In this document: positions 54,205 through 63,155 of the stretch, one piece after another | How the letters are laid out: each line of letters opens with the position of its first letter | Position numbering within the stretch: the first letter of the stretch is position 1 | Assembly (NCBI GenBank): GCA_005809105.1 | Contig: SYLI01000021.1 | Span: forward strand, 245 to 64,244 | Direction: 5' to 3' | DNA length: 64,000 nt | Source of the DNA: Verrucomicrobiales bacterium | GTDB lineage: Bacteria; Verrucomicrobiota; Verrucomicrobiia; Limisphaerales; UBA1100 | Notes under the pieces: generated by a model | Database searches by the model: none | Seen by the model: only the letters and a program-made list of their open reading frames with translations | Told to the model about the DNA's origin: nothing | Translations under genes and position numbers: made by a program

Positions 54205-56513
54205 CGACCACCGACCGCGGAGAGCTCGCGCGTTGGATCGAAACGACCGACGCGCCCGTGTACCTGCTGGGCGCGGGAGGCTGCGGCATGAGCGCCTTGG
54301 GACATCTGCTGCTTGACCATGGTCTATGCGTGTGTGGTTCCGACGCGCGTTCGACGGCTGCCCTACGACAGCTCTCCGGGCGCGGCGCGGATTTGCGAGA
54401 AGGACACGAGGCTGCGCATCTGCTGGCACATCGCCCTGGGTTGGTGGTGTATTCTTCGGCCATCCGGCTCGACAATCCCGTGATGATCCAAGCGCAACGC
54501 GCCGGCTTGCGGCTAGCCCGCCGCGCGACCGTGCTCGCCGCACTAATGGAAGGACGCCGTGGTGTGTGTGTGGCCGGCATGCACGGGAAAACCACGACGA
54601 CTGGACTGCTGGCGCACGCCTTACGCGAACTGGGTGCGGATCCTGGATACGCCGTCGGTGGGTTGGTGGCCGAGTGGGATCGCCCGGCGCGCCTGCGCGG
54701 CGGGGATCGTTTCATGGTGGTGGAAGCGGACGAAAGCGACGGCACCCTTCTCGAATTTCGCCCGGAACAGGCACTCATCCTCAATGTGGACGAGGAACAT
54801 CTGGATTACTTCGCCGACCTTGCGGCCGTGTGCCGGGAATTTGAAACCTTCGCTTCGCAGGTGCGCGGGCCGCTCTTCTATTGCGCCGATGATGCGCGTT
54901 TGGTGGCGATGTTCGCGAACCGGCAGGGTGCGATCTCATTTGGCTTCAACTTGGCCGCCCACTATCGCGTAGAGCCGCGCCCGCCTGCCACTGACGGTGC
55001 GGCGCCCTTCGACTTGTGGCACCAGGGCGTATTGCTGGCGACGATCACCCTTAAGCTCGCAGGAGAGCAGAACATGTCTAATGCGGCCGGCGTGGCCGCC
55101 TTCCTGCATCAGAACGGATTTGACGCGCAGCAGATTTCAGCGGCCTTGGGCTCCTTTGGAGGCGCGATGCGCCGCCAGCAAACCCTCTATCGAAGCGCCC
55201 AACTCACCGTGATGGATGACTACGCTCATCATCCTCGCGAGATCGAGGCCACGCTTAAAGCCATGCGCAGCCGGCATCACGGCCGCCTGCTGGTGGCCTT
55301 CCAGCCCCATCGCTACACGCGCACCCAGCATCTTCTCAAGGACTTTGCGCGCTGCTTTTCCGGCGCTGACGCCGTGTGGATCACCGAGGTCTATGCCGCC
55401 AGCGAGCCCGTGATTCCCGAGGTCAACGGCCGGCGCTTGGCCGAGGCCGTGTCCGCGCAGGGGGTTCCGTCTGTCTTTGTGGCGACGCTGGCCCAGTTGC
55501 GCGAGCAAGTGTCCATCGCCATGCGGCCGGGCGACATGGTACTGTTTCTCGGGGCGGGAGACATCACCCAAGCGGCGCACCAACTGGCGATGCAAGCGGC
55601 CTTGAATGAAAGCAGCGTGGCGGCGGCGCTGCGCGGACTACTCTCGCCTGCCTCCGCCCTGCGCGAGCACGAGCCCATGTCCCGGCGCACCACGCTGCAC
55701 GTGGGGGGAGCGGCCGACGTGTTTGTGGAACCGGCATCCGAGGCAGACCTGGCGGCCGCGCTGGCCTGTTGCAATGCCCGCGCCGTGCCGGTGTTCCTGC
55801 TGGGGCGCGGTTCCAATCTGCTGGTGAAAGACGGCGGCATTCGCGGCGTGGTGATCCACCTTGGGGCGCCGGTGTTTTCCGGAATGGATGTGTGCGGCGA
55901 GAGGATTTACTGCGGTGCCGGTGTGCGACTCAAGCATCTGGCCCACGAAGCGCGCAAATGCGGTCTGGCTGGGTTTGAATTTCTGGAAGGCATCCCCGGC
56001 AACCTAGGCGGCGCACTGAGGATGAATGCGGGCGCCATGGGCTCTGAGATATTTGGCTTGGTGGAATCCGTCCGCGTGATGAGCTTGTCCGGAGAGATCG
56101 AGGATCTGACTCGCGATCAGTTGGGAGCGCAATACCGACACTGCCCCGCGCTGAAAGAAAAGGTGGCGCTGGGCGCCGTGCTCCGGGGCAGGGTGGACTC
56201 CCCCGGCGCTGTGGCCGAACGCATGCGATCATTCAGCCAGAAGCGCCACGATTCCCAGCCGGGAGCCAAGAGCGCCGGTTGCATTTTCAAAAACCCTCTT
56301 GAATGTCCCGCCGGCCGGCTTGTGGACGAACTGGGGCTCAAAGGCACGCGTGTGGGGGGGGCCGCCGTGTCCGAGGTGCATGGCAATTTCATCGTCAACG
56401 AGGGGAATGCCACGGCGCAGAATGTGCTCGACCTCATTGCGCTCATTCAGGCAAGTGCCCGTGCCGAGCGCCACATCGAGCTTTGCACCGAAGTGCAGAT
56501 CATCGGTGAGTAG
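54165..56513 (+). CDS. murC: Bifunctional MurC-MurB fusion: UDP-N-acetylmuramate--L-alanine ligase (N-terminal ~470 aa) + UDP-N-acetylenolpyruvoylglucosamine reductase (C-terminal ~300 aa)
   Basis: Start trimmed to the ATG at 54165 (40-nt overlap with murG; later TTG/CTG starts are possible). MurC: GAGGCGMSALG, GMHGKTTTTG, DDYAHHP. MurB from ~nt 55600: RRTTLHVGGAADVFVEP, GRGSNLLV, GIPGNLGGALRMNAGA, SAGCIFKNP. No stop codon between the two halves. Confidence 0.9.
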   Translation: MERPDTLVPHYGLTTTDRGELARWIETTDAPVYLLGAGGCGMSALGHLLLDHGLCVCGSDARSTAALRQLSGRGADLREGHEAAHLLAHRPGLVVYSSAIRLDNPVMIQAQRAGLRLARRATVLAALMEGRRGVCVAGMHGKTTTTGLLAHALRELGADPGYAVGGLVAEWDRPARLRGGDRFMVVEADESDGTLLEFRPEQALILNVDEEHLDYFADLAAVCREFETFASQVRGPLFYCADDARLVAMFANRQGAISFGFNLAAHYRVEPRPPATDGAAPFDLWHQGVLLATITLKLAGEQNMSNAAGVAAFLHQNGFDAQQISAALGSFGGAMRRQQTLYRSAQLTVMDDYAHHPREIEATLKAMRSRHHGRLLVAFQPHRYTRTQHLLKDFARCFSGADAVWITEVYAASEPVIPEVNGRRLAEAVSAQGVPSVFVATLAQLREQVSIAMRPGDMVLFLGAGDITQAAHQLAMQAALNESSVAAALRGLLSPASALREHEPMSRRTTLHVGGAADVFVEPASEADLAAALACCNARAVPVFLLGRGSNLLVKDGGIRGVVIHLGAPVFSGMDVCGERIYCGAGVRLKHLAHEARKCGLAGFEFLEGIPGNLGGALRMNAGAMGSEIFGLVESVRVMSLSGEIEDLTRDQLGAQYRHCPALKEKVALGAVLRGRVDSPGAVAERMRSFSQKRHDSQPGAKSAGCIFKNPLECPAGRLVDELGLKGTRVGGAAVSEVHGNFIVNEGNATAQNVLDLIALIQASARAERHIELCTEVQIIGE

Positions 56514-56606
56514 TCCATCGGCCGCACGCGGGTGCGTTTGGCGGTCATAAAAGGATTTCCTTCTTCCGGCCTTTAAGTTACGGTTCGTCCCAAGGGAGGG
56601 GAGGGA

Positions 56607-57524
56607 TTGGCGGGAAGTTTTCACATCACCGTATTTGCTGGCGGTCCCAGTGCGGAGCACGATGTTTCGCTCAGAAGCGGAGCGGCGGTGGCGCGCGCAT
56701 TGCGGGCTGTGGGGCATGAGGTTTCTGAGGTGAATCCACGCGGGCCAGGCTGGCGTTTGCCGCCAGGAACCGACGCGGTGTTCCTCGCATTGCATGGCGC
56801 CTACGGCGAGGACGGTCAGGTGCAGGCGGAACTCGATGCGGCGAATGTGACTTATACCGGTTCGGATGCCGAGGCCAGCCGGGTGGCCTTCGACAAGGCG
56901 CTGGCCAAGTCACGTTTCGAGGCCGCTGCCGTGCCGACGCCACGTTGGGAGGTGTTAAATGACGCCCATGCGCCCATGCCCGAAGCGCTGCGGCTGCCCT
57001 TGGTGCTCAAGCCCGTCTGCCAGGGCTCGAGCATCGGTCTTCAATTTGTCGCGCGGCAGGAGCAGTGGCCGGCGGCCCTGCGCGAGTGCCTCCGGCATGG
57101 CGAGCGCGTGCTCTGCGAGGAGCAGGTCTGCGGCCGCGAAATCACCGTGGGCGTCTTAGGTGAGTTGCCGCTGCCGCTGGTCGAGATCCGCCCCAGGAAT
57201 GGAGCCTATGATTACCACAACAAGTACTCCAAAGGTGCCACCGAGTATTTCTGCCCGGCGGATTTTGACGGACCGACGTCGCTGCGCCTCCAGTCGATTG
57301 GTCTGGCCGCGTTCCATTGCGTGGGCGCGAGAGACTTCGGCAGGGTTGATCTGATTGTTCCGGAAGATGGGGTGCCGAGGGTGCTGGAGGTCAATACGCT
57401 GCCAGGGATGACTGAGACCAGCCTGTTCCCCAAGGCGGCTGCGGCTGCGGGAATGGGATTTGAATCGCTCTGCGATCGGATGGTGAACCTGGCGCTGGCG
57501 CGAGCCGCAAACCGCGTGCAATGA
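56607..57524 (+). CDS. ddl: D-alanine--D-alanine ligase
   Basis: ITVFAGGPSAEHDVSLRSG; HGAYGEDGQVQ; ATP-grasp C-terminus with EVNTLPGMT; TTG start preceded by GGGAGGGGAGGG. Confidence 0.9.
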   Translation: MAGSFHITVFAGGPSAEHDVSLRSGAAVARALRAVGHEVSEVNPRGPGWRLPPGTDAVFLALHGAYGEDGQVQAELDAANVTYTGSDAEASRVAFDKALAKSRFEAAAVPTPRWEVLNDAHAPMPEALRLPLVLKPVCQGSSIGLQFVARQEQWPAALRECLRHGERVLCEEQVCGREITVGVLGELPLPLVEIRPRNGAYDYHNKYSKGATEYFCPADFDGPTSLRLQSIGLAAFHCVGARDFGRVDLIVPEDGVPRVLEVNTLPGMTETSLFPKAAAAAGMGFESLCDRMVNLALARAANRVQ

Positions 57525-58477
57525 CCATGTGGAACGCCCCGCGCAACCGTCGACGCCACCGCCAGTCGCTGCTGGATGTGAAGCTGAGTTTAGGCGAGAT
57601 CCGGCGCGCGCGTTGGGTGGTTGCATCTCGATTGGGCGGTGTTCTCCTCGGGGCGGCGCTCCTCTTCTTCGGTGTTTGGCGCGGTGGCGAATGGCTCCTG
57701 CAACGGCTCTTTTACAACAATGGCGCGTTCGCCATCCGCACAGTGGACCTTCGCACCGATGGCCGGCTCTCCGAGGCCCAGCTGCACGCCTGGGCGGATG
57801 TGAAACCCGGCGAAAATCTCTTCGGGCTGGATTTGCTGCGCGTCAAACGCAACCTGGAGGCCGTGCCCGCCATCAGCTCGGCTGCCGTGGATCGCGTGTT
57901 GCCCGACACGTTGAGAGTGCGTGTGGTGGAGCGCCGGCCGGTGGCGCAGGTGCTGGTGTACCGGCGCCGCGCCGAGGGGGACTACGTGCGGCTGCTCTAT
58001 CAGATGGACGGTGATGGTTACGTGATGGAACCCTCCCCGGCGCCCGAGCAGCTCTCGCAGGGCGTGTCGTGGCTGCCGCTCTTCACGGGAATCGAACCGG
58101 GCCTGCTGCTGCCCGGACGCGCCGTGCACCAGCCGCAAGTTCACGCCGCGCTCGAACTGCTCCAGCAGTTTGACCGCTCGCCGATGGCCGGCTTGGTGCA
58201 GCTCCAACAGGTGGAGGTGTCCGCGCCGCTCACCCTCATGGTGCGCACCTGGCAGGGTGCCGAGGTCACGCTGGGGCTGACACAACTGGACCGGCAACTG
58301 CGGCGCTGGCGGTTCATCCACGATTACGGACGGGAGCATCGTCGCGTTCCGGCGACCTTGGATCTCTCCATCAAGAACAACCTGCCGGTGCGCTGGCAGG
58401 AACCGGGAAGTCCGCCCGCCCCCGTCCCCGCCAAGGGGCCGGCGCGCGCCGCGGCGCGTCCACGACCCAATGTTTGA
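57521..58477 (+). CDS. ftsQ: Cell division protein FtsQ (TM anchor + POTRA)
   Basis: ATGA overlap with the ddl stop. TM segment LGGVLLGAALLFFGVW. POTRA-like FAIRTVDLRTDGRLSEAQLHAWADVKPGENLFGLDL. Canonical position. Confidence 0.8.
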   Translation: MTMWNAPRNRRRHRQSLLDVKLSLGEIRRARWVVASRLGGVLLGAALLFFGVWRGGEWLLQRLFYNNGAFAIRTVDLRTDGRLSEAQLHAWADVKPGENLFGLDLLRVKRNLEAVPAISSAAVDRVLPDTLRVRVVERRPVAQVLVYRRRAEGDYVRLLYQMDGDGYVMEPSPAPEQLSQGVSWLPLFTGIEPGLLLPGRAVHQPQVHAALELLQQFDRSPMAGLVQLQQVEVSAPLTLMVRTWQGAEVTLGLTQLDRQLRRWRFIHDYGREHRRVPATLDLSIKNNLPVRWQEPGSPPAPVPAKGPARAAARPRPNV

Positions 58478-59693
58478 CGACAAACTCATCGTAGCCGGGC
58501 TCGAGATCGGCACCTCCAAAGTCTGCGTGGTGGTGGGCGAGGCGGCGCCGGGCAGCCCGCTCAACGTCCTCGGTGCCGGCACCGTGCCTTCGCGCGGCGT
58601 GCTTAAAGGTGAAATTGTGAACCCGGGCGCGGCGGGCGAGGATATTCGCCGCGCCGTGGCGGAGGCTGAATCGGTGGCGGATGCCGAGATTGGTAGCGTT
58701 TTCCTCGCCGTCACCGGGGCGCACGTTCACAGCTTCAACCATCACGGGATGCTCCAGATTGCGGCGCCGGCCCACGTCATCGGCGAGGAGGACGTCGAAC
58801 AGGTGATCACCAGCGCCAACGCCGTCAACGTCCCGGCGGACCACACGGTCATCCACACCGTGCGCCAGCATTTCCACGTGGATAACCATGACGGAGTGGT
58901 GTCGCCGGTGGGAATGGCGGGGTCGCGGCTGGAGCTTGATATGCACGTCATTCACGGGCGCAGCCACCGGCTTCAAAACCGGATCAGGCTGGTGCGTGGT
59001 CTGCAGATGGAGGTGGAGGCGGTGGTGTTCAGTGGACGCGCCTCCGCGCTGGCCGTGCTTACTTCCGATCAATGCCAGCAGGGCGCGCTGCTGGTGGATC
59101 TGGGGGCGGGCGTCACGGAGTATGCGCTCTATCTTGGGGGCGTGCCGCGCCACTCGGGCGTGTTGCCCGTGGGCGGCGACCATCTCACCAACGACATCGC
59201 CTTGGGGTTGAAAGTCACCCCCCATCGCGCCGAGCAGCTTCGGCGTGATCACGGTCGGGTGGGGCCGGCTCCCATCCCCGACGGTGGCCCCATCACCCTT
59301 CCCAGTGAAATCGGATTCGTCGCCCGCACTGTCAGCGTGGGTGCGCTCAACCGGATTCTTCATGCGCGGCTCATGGAAATGCTGCAGCTCATCCGTCAGG
59401 ATCTGGCGCGCGCCGGTGTGCTGGGTGCGTTTCAGGGCAGCGTGTACCTGACCGGGGGCGTGGCGCAGACGGCGGGACTGAGCGCATTGGCGGAGCACGT
59501 GTTCCAACTCCCCGCCACGGTCGCTTCCAGCCAGGCCGCCGGAGGCGTGAAAGACATCCTCGATCGGCCCGAGTACAGCACCGCGGTCGGTCTGGTGGAA
59601 TACGGGATGCGTCACATGGCCACCGGTGGCCGGGGCAACCGGCTGGCGGAACTCTTCCGGGGCTGGAAGCGGAGAATCTTTTCCACCACCTGA
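58470..59693 (+). CDS. ftsA: Cell division protein FtsA (actin-like ATPase)
   Basis: IVAGLEIGTSKVCVVVGE phosphate-1 motif; LVDLGAGVTE; GGDHLTNDIA; LTGGVAQTAGL; 8-nt overlap with ftsQ. Confidence 0.92.
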   Translation: MFDDKLIVAGLEIGTSKVCVVVGEAAPGSPLNVLGAGTVPSRGVLKGEIVNPGAAGEDIRRAVAEAESVADAEIGSVFLAVTGAHVHSFNHHGMLQIAAPAHVIGEEDVEQVITSANAVNVPADHTVIHTVRQHFHVDNHDGVVSPVGMAGSRLELDMHVIHGRSHRLQNRIRLVRGLQMEVEAVVFSGRASALAVLTSDQCQQGALLVDLGAGVTEYALYLGGVPRHSGVLPVGGDHLTNDIALGLKVTPHRAEQLRRDHGRVGPAPIPDGGPITLPSEIGFVARTVSVGALNRILHARLMEMLQLIRQDLARAGVLGAFQGSVYLTGGVAQTAGLSALAEHVFQLPATVASSQAAGGVKDILDRPEYSTAVGLVEYGMRHMATGGRGNRLAELFRGWKRRIFSTT

Positions 59694-59697
59694 AATC

Positions 59698-60873
59698 ATG
59701 ATCGACCTTCACAGCCTCTCCGAAGCCACCTTGGCGCCGCCCTTGCCGGTTCGCGTGCTCGTGGTCGGCGTGGGGGGGGGCGGCGGCGTGATGGCCGAAG
59801 AGCTGGCGCAAGCCGGTCACCTCCCGGCAGAATTCCTCGCGGTGGATTCGGACACTCAGGCGTTGCAACGGCATGGTCGCTCGGCGCGGCTGGCGGTGGG
59901 TGGCCGCCTCACGCGCGGGTTGGGTTGCGGTGGTGACGCCGTGCTGGCTCGGCGCTGTGCCGAGTCCAGCCGCAAATCGCTGGCCAAACATTTGGAAGGC
60001 GCGGACGTTGTCGTGCTGCTGGCGGGATTGGGTGGAGGGATGGGAACGGGCGGCTCGAGTGCCATCGCAGAGATGGCGGGTGAATCCGGTGCGCTCACGC
60101 TGGCCATGGTGGCGTTGCCTTTCGATTTTGAGGGGCTGCGTGTCGATCTGGCACGGGCGGGACTGGAAAAGCTTCTGGGGGCCGCCGACAGCGTGATCTG
60201 CTTTCCCAACCAGAGGGTGATTGACCTTCAGAACGAGGAACGCACGGCTCGGGAGACGTTCGCGGCGGCAAACGAGATCATCCATCAGGGTGTGCGGGCG
60301 ACGGCACGCCTTCTGCGCGCCGACGGAATTCTCAATGTAGGATTGGCCGATCTGCGCGCCTCGCTCCGAGGGCAGCGTGCCAGCAGCGTGCTGGCGCATG
60401 TGGAGGCCGAAGGCGAAGCTCGCCACCAGGAGATTTTGAACAAACTACTGGCGCACGCCGCGATGGAGTCGGGACATGCATTGCATACCGCCAGTGCGGT
60501 GGTGGTGAGCCTGGTGGGCGGGCCCGAGCTTTCGGCGACTGAGATTGACCGCCTCTCACGGCAAATCTCGGCTCAGTGTCCCGGAGCGAAAGTGATGTTT
60601 GGAGCCTCGGTGGAGGACGCTTCGAGAGGGCGTCTAGGCCTCACCGTCATTGCCTCGCGCCCGTGGGAGGCACCACGCACGACGGCGTCGCCGGCTTCTG
60701 CAACCAGCTCTTCCGCCGCGGCGCCGCGGCATCGAGCCGCGCAGCGTCACCAACAGCAACTGGCGTTGGAACCCGTCTCCAAGGGACGATTTGAAAAGGC
60801 TGAACGAACGCTGTACCACGGCGAGGATCTGGATGTGCCTGCCTACATCCGCCACAACGTGGTTCTGGACTAG
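59698..60873 (+). CDS. ftsZ: Cell division GTPase FtsZ (sequence-divergent)
   Basis: Start trimmed to the ATG at 59698, 4 nt after ftsA. VVGVGGGGGV, tubulin signature GLGGGMGTGGS, PFDFEG, T7-like NVGLADL, and conserved C-terminal peptide DLDVPAYIRH. Confidence 0.88.
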   Translation: MIDLHSLSEATLAPPLPVRVLVVGVGGGGGVMAEELAQAGHLPAEFLAVDSDTQALQRHGRSARLAVGGRLTRGLGCGGDAVLARRCAESSRKSLAKHLEGADVVVLLAGLGGGMGTGGSSAIAEMAGESGALTLAMVALPFDFEGLRVDLARAGLEKLLGAADSVICFPNQRVIDLQNEERTARETFAAANEIIHQGVRATARLLRADGILNVGLADLRASLRGQRASSVLAHVEAEGEARHQEILNKLLAHAAMESGHALHTASAVVVSLVGGPELSATEIDRLSRQISAQCPGAKVMFGASVEDASRGRLGLTVIASRPWEAPRTTASPASATSSSAAAPRHRAAQRHQQQLALEPVSKGRFEKAERTLYHGEDLDVPAYIRHNVVLD

Positions 60874-60897
60874 CCACACGGCAGTGGGCTCTCTGCC

Positions 60898-62121
60898 ATG
60901 TCCGCGCTGACGCTGTGCTTGTTGATCCTCTCGGCGGGTGCGGCTTTTTTTTTCGCACTGGCAGAGACGGCGCTGGTGACCCTGGGCAACGCGCGCCTGC
61001 AGAAAGTTCAGGCGCGGCTTCCCGAGCGGGGCGCGTGCATCCGGCGGCTTCTGGCCGCGCCGCACGATCTCCTGGCCGCCATCTCGCTGGGCAACACGCT
61101 GGCGCACGGCCTTCTGATCGCGCTGGTCTGGATGGAGCGTTCCCGGTGGAACCACTGGTCGGGCTGGCTGGCGCTGGCCCTCGCGGCGCTGGCGCTGCTC
61201 ATCTTCTGCGAGGTGGTGCCCAAGACTCTGGCGGTCCGGCGCCCGCAGTTCTGGGCCCCCGTGGTCGCGCCGTGGACTCTCCAGCTCGTGCGCGTCACCT
61301 CGCCCGTGCGGTCGGTGGCGCAGTTTCTCAACGGCTACTGGCTGCGACTGCTGCCGCAACTGGTGACTCCGTACACCCCGCTCACCGAGGAGGAATACAA
61401 GGAGCTCCTGGAACTGGCCTGCCAACAGGGCACGTTGGGCATCTCGGAGAAGGAGATCATTCTGCAGATCCTCCATCTGGACCAGCGCAAGGTGGGCGAG
61501 CTGATGCGGCCGCGCTCGCAGATGGCCTGCGTTTCCGACGAGCTGACGCCCCAGGAGATGACGGCGGCCGCGCGCAAATTCCAGCACCATCACCTGCCGG
61601 TGTACGACGAATCCCCGGACAACATCGTCGGGATTCTGAACACGGTCCGGCTGCTGGCCAATCCCCGTCTGGAACTCCACGAGGTGATGGACTTCCCCTC
61701 CTTCGTGCCCGAGGACATGAACCTGCTCGACCTGCTCCGCAACTTTCAGCGCACCCGTCAGGACATCGCCATCGTGCTGGACGAATTCGGTGACACCGCC
61801 GGCATGGTGACCATGGAAGACATCCTGGCCGATGTCATCGGCGCCTCGCGCCGGAGCGCACGCGCGGGCGGGTTCCTGATGGAAACACTGGGCCATGGCA
61901 AGTGGAGGCTGAGCGGGGCCCTGGGGCTGGAGGATTTTCGGCGCGAATACCCGCGGCTCATCATCCCGCCGGGCGTGGACACGGTGGGAGGACTGCTGGC
62001 CGTGTGCATGGACGAGGTGCCGCCCGCGGGCAGCAAGATTCAGCACAGCGGCCTGCGATTCACCGTGGTGGAGGCCGACGAGCGGCGCGTCAAGGAAGTG
62101 CTGGCGGAGGCGGCGCCATGA
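60898..62121 (+). CDS. CNNM/HlyC/CorC-family protein (DUF21 membrane domain + CBS pair + CorC_HlyC C-terminal domain)
   Basis: N-terminal TM domain with FFFALAETALV; CBS region VGELMRPRSQM...; IAIVLDEFGDTAGMVTMEDILADVIG; C-terminal domain ...WRLSGALGLEDFRREY...GLRFTVVEADERRVKEV. Confidence 0.85.
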   Translation: MSALTLCLLILSAGAAFFFALAETALVTLGNARLQKVQARLPERGACIRRLLAAPHDLLAAISLGNTLAHGLLIALVWMERSRWNHWSGWLALALAALALLIFCEVVPKTLAVRRPQFWAPVVAPWTLQLVRVTSPVRSVAQFLNGYWLRLLPQLVTPYTPLTEEEYKELLELACQQGTLGISEKEIILQILHLDQRKVGELMRPRSQMACVSDELTPQEMTAAARKFQHHHLPVYDESPDNIVGILNTVRLLANPRLELHEVMDFPSFVPEDMNLLDLLRNFQRTRQDIAIVLDEFGDTAGMVTMEDILADVIGASRRSARAGGFLMETLGHGKWRLSGALGLEDFRREYPRLIIPPGVDTVGGLLAVCMDEVPPAGSKIQHSGLRFTVVEADERRVKEVLAEAAP

Positions 62122-63152
62122 ACGGGCTGCTGGCGGCCGTCACTGCCTCTGATTGGCGCGAACTGGCCGTGCCCATTCTGGCGGTGCTGGGGGTGTGCCT
62201 GCTGGTCTCCTTTTTCCTGTCGGGCATGGAGACGGGGCTTTTTGAAATGAGCCGCCTGCGGCTGCGCCGGATGATGCGCGAGGGCAACCCGCGCGCGGCG
62301 CGCCTGCAGGCGTTTCTCGACGATCCAGAGGATTGCCTGTGGACCATCCTGGTCGGCAATGTGCTGGCCAATTTTCTGGCCGTGCTGCTGGTGCTCTTGC
62401 TGCTGCACGAGGTGCTGGGCTGGGGCGCGCGGCCCGGGCGGTTTTGGGCGGTGTTCATCCTGGGCGGCTTGGGCTATTACACGCTCTTTGAGCTGCTGCC
62501 CAAGATGCTCTTTCGCCAGTATCCCAACCGCCTCTGCCTGCTGCTCTCCCGCCCGTTTGCGGTGGTGCACGCGCTGCTGCGGCCGCTGGTGTGGATCCTG
62601 CGCCTCATCTCGCGCCTCATCCTCGCCTCCACGGGCGGGCGCGCGGCGTCGAGCCGGCTCTTTGGCGACCGCGAGGAGCTGCGCCAGGTGATGCAGGAAT
62701 CCAGCGCCGGACTGACGGCTGATGAGCGCGTGATGATTGACCGCGTGTTGGATCTGCAAAACATCCCCGTGCGTGCCATCGTGAGCCCCCTGCGCCCAGG
62801 CGAGCCGGCGATGGTGGACACCCCGGTGGCCCAAGTGGTCCATCTCACTGCCGACGAACTGCAGATTCACTTTCCGGTCTGGACGCGCGCGGGGGACCGG
62901 CTGCGCGTGGCCGGCGTGGTCAACGTGCGCCAGTTGGCCTTTCTGCCCGAAGCCGGGCAGCACCAGCCCGTCGCCGGACTGCTCGAATCGGCGCTCTTCA
63001 TGGACGAGGATGCGCGGCTGGAATCGCTCCTGCGGGCCATGCAGCGCAGCGGCCAGCGGGTGGTGATTGTCCTGGATCGCAGCCGGAGGGAGATCGGCAT
63101 GGTGCGGCTGGCGGACATTCTGGGCACGGTGTTTGGCAAGCTGGGCAGGTGA
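62118..63152 (+). CDS. CNNM/CorC-family paralog (DUF21 + CBS pair, apparently lacking the CorC_HlyC domain)
   Basis: Start trimmed to the ATG at 62118 (ATGA overlap with the upstream stop). FFLSGMETGLFEMSRLRLRR; CBS-like VRAIVSPL... and VVIVLDRSRREIGMVRLADILG; 344 aa. Confidence 0.8.
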   Translation: MNGLLAAVTASDWRELAVPILAVLGVCLLVSFFLSGMETGLFEMSRLRLRRMMREGNPRAARLQAFLDDPEDCLWTILVGNVLANFLAVLLVLLLLHEVLGWGARPGRFWAVFILGGLGYYTLFELLPKMLFRQYPNRLCLLLSRPFAVVHALLRPLVWILRLISRLILASTGGRAASSRLFGDREELRQVMQESSAGLTADERVMIDRVLDLQNIPVRAIVSPLRPGEPAMVDTPVAQVVHLTADELQIHFPVWTRAGDRLRVAGVVNVRQLAFLPEAGQHQPVAGLLESALFMDEDARLESLLRAMQRSGQRVVIVLDRSRREIGMVRLADILGTVFGKLGR

Positions 63153-63155
63153 TGC

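Noticed and set aside
56354-56361. Other homopolymers: G8 in murB (56354-56361), G9 in ftsZ (59772-59780), T9 in the first CNNM gene (60945-60953)
   Set aside because: All are in frame and encode expected residues (Gly runs, including the FtsZ GGGGG loop; Phe-Phe-Phe in a TM helix). There is no frame disruption, so no evidence for phase variation.
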